Program-made: the position numbers and the translations under genes | Virus record (IMG/VR): IMGVR_UViG_3300020034_000006 | Span: 1-64,000 of that record | Strand: one strand, 5' to 3' | From: a virus | Taxonomy: Duplodnaviria; Heunggongvirae; Uroviricota; Caudoviricetes | Length of the DNA stretch: 64,000 nucleotides | Part shown: piece after piece, positions 33,393 to 41,837 of the stretch | Position numbering within the stretch: position 1 is the first letter of the stretch | Layout: every line of letters begins with the position of its first letter | Notes under the pieces: generated by a model | What the model saw: only the letters and a program-made list of their open reading frames with translations | Database searches by the model: none | What the model was told of the DNA's origin: nothing

Positions 33393-34919
33393 ATGGCTGA
33401 TCTCATCGGTTTCAAGAGGGTGTCCCGCATGGGTAACCGGGACAAGGACGACGACGACTTTCGCTCGGATCAGGAGCAGGAAGACTCGGGCGAGGCCTAT
33501 GCGAAGGCCAACGGCCACCGCATCCTCTACTGGATCGATGAGACCAACTCCGTCTCAGGCAAGACGCTCGATCGCAAGGGCCTGCAAGAGGGCCTGGGGG
33601 ACATCTACGCCGGCAATGCGGACGGCGCCATCGTCATGAAGATGAGTCGCTTCGGGCGTGACGCCGTCGCCGCCATCTCCGAGATCCGCAAGCTAAAGGA
33701 CGCCGGGAAGATCTTCATCGCCGTCAAGGACGGCATCGACACCACCAACGACAGCATCGCCACCCGCATCCTGATGTGGTTCATCGCCACCATGGATGAG
33801 TGGTTCCTCGAAGACATCACCAAGAACTGGGACGACATCACCCGTATCCGGGTGATGGTCGACGGCATCAACACCACCGAGCCCTACGGCTACCGCAAGG
33901 ACCAGATCTTCGATGACCACGGCAAGCGCGTCGGCGGTACCCGCCTCCTGGTGCCCGTGGCGGAGGAGGCTGAGTGGGTCGTCAAGATGTTCAAGAAGCG
34001 CAAGCTCAAGATGTCGTGGCAGAAGATCGCCGACTACCTGAACGAAGAGGGCGTCCGCACCCGGGCGGGGAAGCACTGGACTCACAACAGCGTCAGCGGC
34101 GTCGTCAGCTGCCGCACCTACCTCGGTGAGGTGCGCTCGGGCGACTACGTCAAGGAAGGGGCCCACGATGCGATCGTGGGCCTGGCCCTGTGGACCGCGG
34201 CGAACGCCCACCAGCACACCAACCCTCGCTTCGAGAATATGGACTACCCGCTGTCGGGCATCATTCGCTGCTCGTCCTGCGGAGTGAAGATGGTGGGCCG
34301 CACCAACCGTAAGGCCAACAAGACCTACCGCTACTACGACTGCCGACGTAAGCACGGCTTCGGCAAGTGCCCCAACCCCATGCGGGTGCGGGCAGACATC
34401 GTAGAGGCGGAGATCGACTCGATATTTGTCGAGCGGTTCATCAACGCCTGCTGTGACGTTACGGCCGAGGGCAGCACCACCGGCGTCGACCTAGAGGCCG
34501 CTGTGTTGGTCCTAGAGGACGCCGACGCCGACCTGCACGACTTCCTCACGTCGGAGACCACGGCGGAGCTGAGGCGGGAGCTGGGCCAGAAATACGTGAA
34601 CGAGGGGACGCGGGCTCGCATGGATCGCGTCAAGGTGGCCCGCAAGGCCGTCACCGAGGCGCAGAACGCCATGCTCGGCGTCGAGCTGCCCGAGAACCTG
34701 GCCGAGATCTGGGAGACGCTGGGAGCCCAGGAGCGCCACGTCTTCCTAGACGCTGCCTTCGCCATCATCGCCGCCCACCCCGGCAACGTCGTTAGCTTCT
34801 GGACCGTCAACGAGCCCGGCACCCCCGATGGCCTCCCTACCAGGGGCTTTGAGGTCAGTGAGGCGACACCGATCCCGATGCGTAATGCGCCAGCGGGTGC
34901 CCGGGTGACGACGGGCTAG
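33393..34919 (+). CDS. Large serine recombinase (serine integrase)
   Basis: Resolvase-like N-terminal domain with catalytic-Ser motif FKRVSRMG and VMKMSRFGRD. Recombinase domain. Zinc ribbon CSSCGVKMVGRTN...YYDCRRKHGFGKC. Long coiled-coil C-terminal region. Confidence 0.85.
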   Translation: MADLIGFKRVSRMGNRDKDDDDFRSDQEQEDSGEAYAKANGHRILYWIDETNSVSGKTLDRKGLQEGLGDIYAGNADGAIVMKMSRFGRDAVAAISEIRKLKDAGKIFIAVKDGIDTTNDSIATRILMWFIATMDEWFLEDITKNWDDITRIRVMVDGINTTEPYGYRKDQIFDDHGKRVGGTRLLVPVAEEAEWVVKMFKKRKLKMSWQKIADYLNEEGVRTRAGKHWTHNSVSGVVSCRTYLGEVRSGDYVKEGAHDAIVGLALWTAANAHQHTNPRFENMDYPLSGIIRCSSCGVKMVGRTNRKANKTYRYYDCRRKHGFGKCPNPMRVRADIVEAEIDSIFVERFINACCDVTAEGSTTGVDLEAAVLVLEDADADLHDFLTSETTAELRRELGQKYVNEGTRARMDRVKVARKAVTEAQNAMLGVELPENLAEIWETLGAQERHVFLDAAFAIIAAHPGNVVSFWTVNEPGTPDGLPTRGFEVSEATPIPMRNAPAGARVTTG

Positions 34920-34957
34920 GAGTTCGCAGAAGAGCTGAAAGACCGCCTCTTGAGGAT

Positions 34958-34983
34958 CGGGCCGGCTCCTGTGGGAGCCGGCC
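34958..34983 (+). terminator. Intrinsic terminator hairpin GGGCCGGCTCC-tgtg-GGAGCCGGCCC followed by TTCC
   Basis: 11-bp perfect stem 39 nt after the integrase stop. Confidence 0.5.
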
Positions 34984-35064
34984 CTTCCGCGTCTGTGACG
35001 ACTTTTCTCCTCTATTTCGTCACTATCCATTGCGTTCATCTCCTATAGCGCTAGAGTCGCCCGC

Positions 35065-35658
35065 ATGGTCAAAACCACCACCACCCCCGCACCCGATGCC
35101 GAAGACACCGTCCGCCGCTTCATGCTCTTCATCGAGGACCCGAGCCAGCTCATCGACCAGGCCGCGGTCGACAAGTACACGAAGGCCGTCGCCGACGCCA
35201 CGGACCCGATCGACAAGCTGAAGGCCATGGCCGACCTGGACAAGGCCAAGAACATCGATGAGGGCCCACTGCGCGACGGCTTCGTCAAGGTCGCCAAGGC
35301 CTACGCCGACGCCGAGGGCCTGCCGACGACGGTCTTCCAGCACATGAAGGTGTCGGACGACGTCCTCAAGGACGCCGGCTTCGAGATCACCACGCCGACC
35401 AAGACGCTCCGGACGAGGAACGGCACCGAGCGCCAGCGAGCCAAGTCCGTGCCCCTGGACGACATCAAGGCCTGGATCGGCAAGACGACCAGCACCTTCA
35501 TCCTGAACGACGTGATCAGCGGCATCGGCGGCAGCCCCGCCACCGTGCGCCTGGCGATCACCGAGATGACCGCCGATGGCAAGGTCGAGAACCTGGGTGT
35601 CCTGCCCAACTACACGGGTCGAGGCCGGGCTCCCTTGCACTACCAGCTCAAGAAGTGA
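35065..35658 (+). CDS. Hypothetical protein, possible winged-helix DNA-binding C-terminus
   Basis: 197 aa. The C-terminal STFILNDVISGIGGSPATVRLAITEMTADGKVENLGVL resembles a wHTH. Last rightward gene before the convergent terminator. Confidence 0.45.
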   Translation: MVKTTTTPAPDAEDTVRRFMLFIEDPSQLIDQAAVDKYTKAVADATDPIDKLKAMADLDKAKNIDEGPLRDGFVKVAKAYADAEGLPTTVFQHMKVSDDVLKDAGFEITTPTKTLRTRNGTERQRAKSVPLDDIKAWIGKTTSTFILNDVISGIGGSPATVRLAITEMTADGKVENLGVLPNYTGRGRAPLHYQLKK

Positions 35659-35681
35659 GCCTTAGCTCCCGGAACAACAAA

Positions 35682-35707
35682 GGAGCCCGCCCCAAGGGGC
35701 GGGCTCC
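35682..35707. terminator. Bidirectional terminator GGAGCCCGCCCC-aa-GGGGCGGGCTCC between convergent operons
   Basis: Near-perfect 12-bp inverted repeat where plus-strand and minus-strand operons meet. Confidence 0.55.
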
Positions 35708-35792
35708 TTCGCGTCTGGCGAGACATGTGGGGGACGATCCCGTTCCGGGACGGGCGTGTCGGCGGAAAAGGACCGCCCCCACGACCGAGATC

Positions 35793-35927
35793 TTACAGCA
35801 CGGCGTTGGCCGCGAGCATGCCGGCGACGAAGCCGATCAGCAGGCCGCCGACCAGGAAGTGCAGGAACATCCACTTCCCCGGCAGGGCTACGGATACCTT
35901 GGACTCGCCCAGGCGCCGGTCAATCAT
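35793..35927 (-). CDS. Small membrane protein (44 aa)
   Basis: Internal start MIDRRLGE of ORF 35793..36044, with an ATGA overlap with the upstream gene. Hydrophobic WMFLHFLVGGLLIGFVAGMLAANAVL. Confidence 0.35.
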   Translation of the reverse strand: MIDRRLGESKVSVALPGKWMFLHFLVGGLLIGFVAGMLAANAVL

Positions 35928-36069
35928 CGCGCTAGCGCTTGCTCTCGCTTGCGCAGCTCGTAGGCACGCTGCTTGTGGGAGGGGCAGCAGAACTTCGGCT
36001 TGCGCCCCCGCTTGTTCGTCGGCGTGAAGGGGTCGCCGCACCACTCGCAGATCAGCTTGACCACGAGCG
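35924..36069 (-). CDS. Small zinc-ribbon protein (about 48 aa)
   Basis: C-terminal segment of ORF 35924..36391: ICEWCGDPFTPTNKRGRKPKFCCPSHKQRAYELRK. GTG start overlapping the upstream stop (GTGA). Confidence 0.35.
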
Positions 36070-36519
36070 TCACTCCGACCTCACGCCCTCGAAGCGGCCG
36101 TCCTGGCCGAGCGGATGGTCGTAGTACGCCTCCCACTGCCCCCGACGGTCGACGTAGCCCCAGGTGCGGCGCACCGGACCCGCCAACAGCAGTGACCGGG
36201 TTGGGTGCCTGTGGAAGTGGGCGATGTAGTGCGCGTCGGTGGCGTGCTTGAAGTTGAACCAGCGCATCGAATGGCGCATGTGTCCGTACGACCTGCACTC
36301 GTCGTAGCCGCCCAGGTAGATGAAGGAGAGGAAGCCACGGGGGTGGTCGTGCAGGACGCCCGCGTCGGCTTCGTAGTGCGTGTGATGCCACAGGGCGAAC
36401 CAGGGCGTCTCGATGAGCCGCCGTCGTCTGAACGTGATCTCGTGGGTCTCGACGTCACGAATGACCGTGAGGTCCCAGAGCCGCCACTGCTTGGTCTTCG
36501 GTCCACTGCCTAGCTTCAT
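36070..36519 (-). CDS. Hypothetical His-rich protein (possible metal-binding)
   Basis: 149 aa with WHHTHYEADAGVLHDHPRGF and HYIAHFHRHP His clusters. Confidence 0.45.
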   Translation of the reverse strand: MKLGSGPKTKQWRLWDLTVIRDVETHEITFRRRRLIETPWFALWHHTHYEADAGVLHDHPRGFLSFIYLGGYDECRSYGHMRHSMRWFNFKHATDAHYIAHFHRHPTRSLLLAGPVRRTWGYVDRRGQWEAYYDHPLGQDGRFEGVRSE

Positions 36520-36533
36520 TTCTCTTCTCCGCC

Positions 36534-36809
36534 TTACGACCGCGGCAACCGCGGTGGTTTGCTTCGGTCACGTGGTAGTCGAGCCCGACGTTCCATCGTG
36601 CGGTTGACCGCAGCCTCGATACGGTCGAAGACCCAGTCGATCAGCCGGTGGGTGAGCACCCAGAATGCGACGCAGAAGACGACGCAGAGGGCGAGCACGA
36701 GGATGGCCGTGTCGAGGGCTATCTGAGCAGCGGTCAACAACGGAACTCGCCCGCTATCCAGTCGCCGCGCTTGATCCAGCCGACCATCGTGGAGGTGCAC
36801 TTGCGACAC
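36534..36809 (-). CDS. Small membrane protein (start probably downstream of the 36734 overlap)
   Basis: Hydrophobic ILVLALCVVFCVAFWVL. Confidence 0.35.
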   Translation of the reverse strand: MSQVHLHDGRLDQARRLDSGRVPLLTAAQIALDTAILVLALCVVFCVAFWVLTHRLIDWVFDRIEAAVNRTMERRARLPRDRSKPPRLPRS

Positions 36810-37054
36810 GGGAGATGCCGGCGCATGTCTTGCGAGTCCGCCGGCCTGTAGTAGTCGATCTCTATCTTGCCGAGCTTGCAGAGCGGGACATATGGATTCT
36901 TGGCGGTCGCTCCGTGCACGCGGGCTTCATCTACGTGGACCGCGCTCGGGTCTACGACGATGATCGGCGAAAGGCCTCGTTCCTCAAACCAGGCAGAGAT
37001 CTGATCAGCGACGTAGGGAGCCCACCGGGGCCCGAAGTACACAGCTCCCATCAT
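36734..37054 (-). CDS. Hypothetical protein
   Basis: 106 aa with a CRKC motif. Confidence 0.4.
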   Translation of the reverse strand: MMGAVYFGPRWAPYVADQISAWFEERGLSPIIVVDPSAVHVDEARVHGATAKNPYVPLCKLGKIEIDYYRPADSQDMRRHLPCRKCTSTMVGWIKRGDWIAGEFRC

Positions 37055-37503
37055 TCGCCCCTCAGGGCCGCTCTGGCGGCCTCGTAGGCGATGGTGAGCC
37101 GTCGCCCCGCGGAGTTCATCTGCATGGCCCCCAGGATGCCCTCAGGGGTCGCCTCGGAGATCCCCGCGATGGGGTTCTTCTCGACTAGAGCGGTCATCTC
37201 GTCGTGGACCGAGACCAGCCTGCTCAGCAGCTCTCGGAAGTCCGTGGCCGCGCGCATGGCGACGACAAGAGCGGCCACCGCTGACTCCCCAGCTTTCGTC
37301 AGCTCGGGGTCGATGTCGCGAGTGATGTACTCCCACTCCTCGAACTCCCACCAGGCGAGCGCCGGGGCTGTCGCCCACAGACCGTCGATGCGGTCATGGT
37401 CATGGACCTTCCGGGCCACTGCCCACAGGTACTCGGCAGTGGGATCGTCCATGCTTAGGCCGGCGGGCAACCCCGCCGGCCTCGGAGGCTGATCGGCCAT
37501 CAC
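37051..37503 (-). CDS. Hypothetical protein
   Basis: 150 aa with an ATGA overlap. Confidence 0.45.
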   Translation of the reverse strand: MMADQPPRPAGLPAGLSMDDPTAEYLWAVARKVHDHDRIDGLWATAPALAWWEFEEWEYITRDIDPELTKAGESAVAALVVAMRAATDFRELLSRLVSVHDEMTALVEKNPIAGISEATPEGILGAMQMNSAGRRLTIAYEAARAALRGE

Positions 37504-37853
37504 TTGTTGTTCAGCCTCATCTCGCGGTAGATCGTGTGGATCTCCTCGCGGGTGTACCCGATCTCAAGGCCGTCGAGGCAGTCCCGCATCAGCTTGTCGT
37601 GGTCCCAGCCCGGAGGGGCGAGCCCGTCATCCCACTCGCCCTGACACCACTCCTGGTTCGTGCCGGCGTTGCGCGGGGCGTCGCCTCCACCTCCATCGTC
37701 GTGGCACGCCACGATCGTAAGCATGCTGATGACCAGCACTGCTATCCGCCTTCTCATCGCCACTCTCCTTTGGCATGTCGGTGCACAGCACGTGCACCAC
37801 GACTGCTGCTCCCAGCATCGTGCCGACAGTACGCCGGTTGTCGGGCTCGACAC
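37500..37853 (-). CDS. Putative small lipoprotein
   Basis: MRRRIAVLVISMLTIVAC is a signal peptide with an IVAC lipobox. Confidence 0.45.
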   Translation of the reverse strand: MSSPTTGVLSARCWEQQSWCTCCAPTCQRRVAMRRRIAVLVISMLTIVACHDDGGGGDAPRNAGTNQEWCQGEWDDGLAPPGWDHDKLMRDCLDGLEIGYTREEIHTIYREMRLNNK

Positions 37854-38006
37854 CGACGTAAACGAGCACTAATGGCTCGAATCCGTTGCGCTTCCCGCAG
37901 ACGGGGCAATCGCGCCTGAAGAAGGGGTGCGCCTTGTTGACGCGGAACACCTGGCCCACGCTGTGAACCTCGGCGTCGGCCGGGACCCTGACGGGCTCGG
38001 GGGTGG

Positions 38007-38423
38007 TCAACCCCCAGCTCCGTTCCCGGACTCGCTGACTTCGATGGGCGCCGGCACGAGCACGGTCTCGCCCGAGTGGGAGTGGCTGCCGTTCGTCGCC
38101 CGGCGTATCACGGCGCCTGTGTAGTGCCGGTGGATCGCTTCTTGGAGATCGTCTTGCAGGCCGCTGAAGGCGGCCAGCAAGTCGTCGCGTTCCTCCCTCA
38201 GGGAGGCGATCTCGCCGTCCTTGACCTCGACAGCGACACGCATCGCCTCGAACCGCCGCTCCCACTCCAACAGCAGGCGCTCTAGATCTTCCGCCTCGGG
38301 GCTCAGTGCCCCGTAGTCGCGGCGGAGGATCTTCCGCACTTCTGCGACTCGCCTCTGCTCGTCGTCCGCCTCGGTCAACTCCACCTCCCCCGGGTCCGCC
38401 TCATCGTCTCGATGCGATATCAC
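38007..38423 (-). CDS. Hypothetical acidic coiled-coil protein (start may be downstream of the GTG overlapping the promoter-like motif)
   Basis: 138-aa ORF. Confidence 0.4.
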   Translation of the reverse strand: MISHRDDEADPGEVELTEADDEQRRVAEVRKILRRDYGALSPEAEDLERLLLEWERRFEAMRVAVEVKDGEIASLREERDDLLAAFSGLQDDLQEAIHRHYTGAVIRRATNGSHSHSGETVLVPAPIEVSESGNGAGG

Positions 38424-38468
38424 ACCGCGCGACCGTAGCAGCCCCTCCCGCTCGGGGGAAGGGGCTGC
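38415..38468 (-). promoter_or_regulatory. Terminator-promoter module: imperfect hairpin GCAGCCCCTCCC...GGGAAGGGGCTGC, then CGCGCGGTGTGATATCG (minus sense)
   Basis: The 17-mer is nearly identical to the copy at 41600-41616 and resembles an extended -10 (TGnGATAT). Confidence 0.4.
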
Positions 38469-38478
38469 TACTTGCCTT

Positions 38479-38649
38479 CTACTTGCCCGTCAGCAGGCGC
38501 TCGATCTTCCCCAGTAGATCCCGGCTGAAGGGCGTGTTCGCCCTCTTCAGGGCCGTCACGAGGCCGTCGACCTCGGCGTCACGGACGACGACCTTGATCT
38601 CTCGCCGACCACCGACCAGCCACGTGGGAGCCTTGCTGACGTCGGCCAT
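38479..38649 (-). CDS. Hypothetical small protein (56 aa from MADVSKAP)
   Basis: Internal start of ORF 38479..38805. TGATG overlap with the upstream gene. Confidence 0.35.
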   Translation of the reverse strand: MADVSKAPTWLVGGRREIKVVVRDAEVDGLVTALKRANTPFSRDLLGKIERLLTGK

Positions 38650-38858
38650 CAGTCTCTCCGTTCGCTGCGCTTGCCGAGCCGGGTCCGCTTGCACGAGCCC
38701 TTGTCCTCGCACACCGGGCCGACGCCGTTGGCGTCGACCTCGAACCTGTAGGGCCGAGCCCGGCAGGGGCCGGTCCTGCCGACCGGCCGCGAGCACCGAG
38801 TGCACGTCAGCTCGGGCACCCGGGCGCTCTCCTCTACTGACCGCCTATCCGCCATCAC
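38649..38858 (-). CDS. Hypothetical zinc-ribbon protein (about 69 aa from MADRRSV)
   Basis: CTRCSRPVGRTGPC ... CEDKGSC within ORF 38649..38942. Confidence 0.35.
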   Translation of the reverse strand: MMADRRSVEESARVPELTCTRCSRPVGRTGPCRARPYRFEVDANGVGPVCEDKGSCKRTRLGKRSERRD

Positions 38859-39091
38859 CCACCTCTTGACCAGTCGACGTCTCGATAGCACGGGACGACG
38901 ACACCGTTGACGCGATTGGGATTGCCAATCTCCTCGACCCACTTGTCAACCTCAGCGAGGTTTGCAAACGGTCCGAAGGTGAGCACGTCGCCAGCTCGAT
39001 AGTGCATGATGACAAAGCCACTGGCGCCGGCCCAAGGATGCGTTGCTTCAGCCACCATCGACTCTTCCAACTTCCGTCCGCATGCGATCAT
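38855..39091 (-). CDS. Hypothetical protein
   Basis: 78-aa ORF. Confidence 0.4.
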   Translation of the reverse strand: MIACGRKLEESMVAEATHPWAGASGFVIMHYRAGDVLTFGPFANLAEVDKWVEEIGNPNRVNGVVVPCYRDVDWSRGG

Positions 39092-39329
39092 CGATCGTAG
39101 ACTGGCGTACCTCGGTCAACATGTCGAGCATGTCCTCGCGAGCAAAGACGACGTAGACCGTGCGGCCGACCATGGACGGGGGCTGAACACAAGCGCATTC
39201 GACCACGAGTGCCCCGTCGCTATTGGGGATCGTGACAAGGTCGTCACCACGGCGCTTTGGCACAACGTTCATGGTGTCGCCTCCGCCTCCGTCGGGCGCC
39301 AGGTCGTGAACACGGAATCCGTTCCCCAT
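39048..39329 (-). CDS. Hypothetical protein
   Basis: 93-aa ORF. Confidence 0.35.
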   Translation of the reverse strand: MGNGFRVHDLAPDGGGGDTMNVVPKRRGDDLVTIPNSDGALVVECACVQPPSMVGRTVYVVFAREDMLDMLTEVRQSTIDDRMRTEVGRVDGG

Positions 39330-39678
39330 GTGAACTTGATGCCGGGGCCTTCGGCGTCGCGGAAGATCAGGCCCACCAACTGGCCTCGACGCCCTAGAGC
39401 CCGGTCGGTGAAGTAGCCACGCAGCAGTAGAGCTTCGTCGCTGTCGGTGTCCTCGGAGTCCTTGCGGCAGCGGGCGATGATCGAGCGCACCTCAGCGAAA
39501 GAGGTGAACGGCAGGCCATCGAGGCTGACCTTGAACCCTGGCTCGATCTCATCGACGCCGAGCGCCTGCACGGCGTAGGCGATGCCGTCAGCGAACTCGC
39601 CGCGACCCTCGCCCCTGTACTCGGCCACCGAGTTGATGATGTGGAACAGGAGGGATTCTCGCTCGGAGTCGGTCACTC
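39269..39678 (-). CDS. Hypothetical protein
   Basis: C-terminal 136 aa (from VTDSERES) of ORF 39269..39964. The upstream part of that ORF is antisense-like and Arg-rich. Confidence 0.4.
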
Positions 39679-40077
39679 CGTCACCTCGTCGGTGTCGCTG
39701 TCCTCGGGGAAGTCCTGTCGATCGGCCCGAGCCATGTCCTTGAGGGCACTCTCGTTGCTGGCAGCCTTCGCTGCGCAGGCTTCCTTGTCGTTGCAGTACC
39801 AGTAGACGGCCCCGCCGTGCTCGCCCGCCCACATCGTGGCCTCGGGGTGGGATCGGAGGCAGTTCGTGCAGATGCGACGGGGGGTCAGGTAGGCATCGAG
39901 GGCTTCCCTGCACTCGCTGATCTTGACCATGTGGCCACCCATGGCAAGCCGCACACTGAGCCACTGAGCGGACAGTTGACGATCACCCTCGTGGCCCTCG
40001 GGGTTGGCCAGCATGGGCGAGTCCGGCGAGCAGTCGGCCAGCTCGATCAGTTCGAGGTATCGCTGCTTGGTGCTCAT
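39673..40077 (-). CDS. Hypothetical Cys-rich protein
   Basis: 134 aa from MSTKQRY, with an ATGA overlap with the upstream gene. CSPDSP...CREALD...CTNC...WYCNDKEAC. Confidence 0.45.
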   Translation of the reverse strand: MSTKQRYLELIELADCSPDSPMLANPEGHEGDRQLSAQWLSVRLAMGGHMVKISECREALDAYLTPRRICTNCLRSHPEATMWAGEHGGAVYWYCNDKEACAAKAASNESALKDMARADRQDFPEDSDTDEVTE

Positions 40078-40523
40078 TCCGCCACCGCCTTCGGCATGAC
40101 CTTGCGCACCCAGAGGACGCCCATGGTGTTGAGGCTGTTGCCGGTGCTCGACATGACCTTGATGGTGTCGCGGAGGATGATCTCGAAGTAGGCCCCGTTG
40201 TTCTCCGCCGGGTAACCGCTCTTCGGTCCGAACGCCTTGACCAGGTCTCGGGCGACGTTGGCCCTGACGATGGCCTGCTCGCTCTCGGGATAGGTGATCC
40301 AAGGTCCGACCGTGGCTTCCTTGCCGCGGATCACCTCGACCTGGGTCTCCTTGCTGGCCCTCTCGTCGGCCATGACGACGTAGGCCACCCACTTCGACGG
40401 GCGTCGCTCTCGTCGCGATCGGCCGTGGGTCGGCGGCGGGTCGAAGCCGACCTTGACGCTGTCCCGATCGATCTCGGCCGGGTCGACCATACCGAGATCG
40501 CCGGGCTCGATGGTTCGTGCCAC
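40074..40523 (-). CDS. Hypothetical protein
   Basis: 149-aa ORF. Confidence 0.45.
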   Translation of the reverse strand: MARTIEPGDLGMVDPAEIDRDSVKVGFDPPPTHGRSRRERRPSKWVAYVVMADERASKETQVEVIRGKEATVGPWITYPESEQAIVRANVARDLVKAFGPKSGYPAENNGAYFEIILRDTIKVMSSTGNSLNTMGVLWVRKVMPKAVAE

Positions 40524-40597
40524 TAGTGTCTCCTCTCATAGGTTCCTGAGGAGAGCGTACCACCAATGTCAATCAACGCTGGCTTACCCCGGTGTCC

Positions 40598-40837
40598 TTA
40601 GTTCTCGACGGCATCTGCTTCACGCACCCACTTAACGTGCGGGAACTCGTGTCCCCCGGAAGTCGCTGTTCCGTCCTGTTCGCACTCCACCCAGCGGCAT
40701 CGAGCGACAAAGAAGACATCGCCGGCCTTGGCCTCGGTTAGCCACTTCTCGAAGTTTCTGAGCGCGATCGTCTCGTTGGCGGACCCATCGGCGCGTTCGC
40801 GCCTATAGAGATAGACGTTCCTATTCTCCGCCGCCAC
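40598..40837 (-). CDS. Hypothetical protein
   Basis: 79-aa ORF. Confidence 0.4.
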   Translation of the reverse strand: MAAENRNVYLYRRERADGSANETIALRNFEKWLTEAKAGDVFFVARCRWVECEQDGTATSGGHEFPHVKWVREADAVEN

Positions 40838-41105
40838 GTCTGTTCAGATCTCTCATAGCTCGCAAGCTGCATCGGCACAGCTCGTTCAGTGCAAGTGGCC
40901 ACAGGAGTGGGCTTACACTCATGAAGATCCTCGCCACTGCCAGGATGGCGCGATAGGTCCTAGGATCTTCGGGGTTGGCGCCACAGGTGCCGAGAGCGTC
41001 ATGGAGGGCAACGACGCCATCCTCCAAGCCTTCCGTGTCAAGGTCGCCAGCCCGGTCGAACTGTTGCAATACAGCATCGACGTCTTCTGGACGTTCGATT
41101 CCCAA
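40821..41105 (-). CDS. Hypothetical protein
   Basis: 94-aa ORF. Confidence 0.4.
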   Translation of the reverse strand: MGIERPEDVDAVLQQFDRAGDLDTEGLEDGVVALHDALGTCGANPEDPRTYRAILAVARIFMSVSPLLWPLALNELCRCSLRAMRDLNRRGGGE

Positions 41106-41117
41106 GTCTAAAACTCC

Positions 41118-41516
41118 CTAGTCGCCAAAGTGGGGCTTCCACGTGTCAGGGAAACTGCAATTGCCAGGCGCCCCTATGAACATCGGGGCGATCTCACTAG
41201 GCGCATAGCCGGCGAATCCACAACCGATCGAGGTCACGAAGAACCTCGTGCTGAGCACTCGGAGCCTGGCGAAGACAATGAAGCCGCTCACCCATGGCCT
41301 GATCTCGGCGAGAGTGAGCGGCGTGCGGACGTCGCGGTCCTTGGTGGGGATGGCGTAGGCCTGGCCCCTGAGACCGCTGTTCACGAACATGGGGAACCCG
41401 TACTCAGAGCAGGCGACCCGGGCCGCTCCTGCGCCGTGGCGCCCGGCCAGGTTGCTGCCGAACACGAAGATCTCTCCATGCTGGGGCAGCGTGCCATCCC
41501 TGTGGTACGTCCTCAT
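41118..41516 (-). CDS. Hypothetical protein, possible Rossmann-like (SLOG/DprA-like) nucleotide-binding fold
   Basis: GEIFVFGSNLAGRHGAGAARVA...GQAYAIPTKD glycine-rich pattern. Assignment is tentative. Confidence 0.4.
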   Translation of the reverse strand: MRTYHRDGTLPQHGEIFVFGSNLAGRHGAGAARVACSEYGFPMFVNSGLRGQAYAIPTKDRDVRTPLTLAEIRPWVSGFIVFARLRVLSTRFFVTSIGCGFAGYAPSEIAPMFIGAPGNCSFPDTWKPHFGD

Positions 41517-41544
41517 GGTTCGTCTACCTTCTCCGGGCGCGAGA

Positions 41545-41616
41545 AGAGCCCTCGGCCCGGGGGGAGAGGCCGAGGGCTCTGGGTCCCGTCAATGCGGTAC
41601 GATATCACACCGCACG
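41545..41616 (-). promoter_or_regulatory. Terminator-promoter module: 13-bp hairpin AGAGCCCTCGGCC...GGCCGAGGGCTCT, then CGTGCGGTGTGATATCG (minus sense), 84 nt upstream of the 41516 start
   Basis: Read directly from the sequence and paired with the copy at 38415-38468. Confidence 0.45.
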
Positions 41617-41634
41617 CCAGGGTCAAGCCGCTGA

Positions 41635-41820
41635 TCAGGCTCGGTTCTTGGGCGACAGCGCCACGCCAGCGGCCACGAGGACCGCCAGCGCAGCCGCCTT
41701 GAGCAGGTTCACCTCGTCCAGCGAGATGGCATCGTCCGCCAGGACGAGGCCCAGGGTGGCCACGAAGGTCGACGCCGCTGCGGCGATCGCCTTGCTGTAT
41801 CGAAGAATGTTTTCAAGCAT
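41635..41820 (-). CDS. Small membrane protein (61 aa)
   Basis: Internal start MLENILRYSK with a strong RBS GAGAAGGAG. Hydrophobic AAASTFVATLGLVLA and AALAVLVAAGVAL. Confidence 0.45.
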   Translation of the reverse strand: MLENILRYSKAIAAAASTFVATLGLVLADDAISLDEVNLLKAAALAVLVAAGVALSPKNRA

Positions 41821-41837
41821 CTTTGACTCCTTCTCAA

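Noticed and set aside
33693-34355. 220-aa minus-strand ORF
   Set aside because: Antisense to the serine integrase, whose frame carries unmistakable recombinase motifs.
37627-38265. 212-aa minus-strand ORF rich in Arg/Gly
   Set aside because: It overlaps both the 37500..37853 lipoprotein gene and the 38007..38423 gene. Only an about 50-aa segment (RDCPVCGKRNGFEP, about 37860-38010) might be a real small zinc-finger gene, and that is too uncertain to list.
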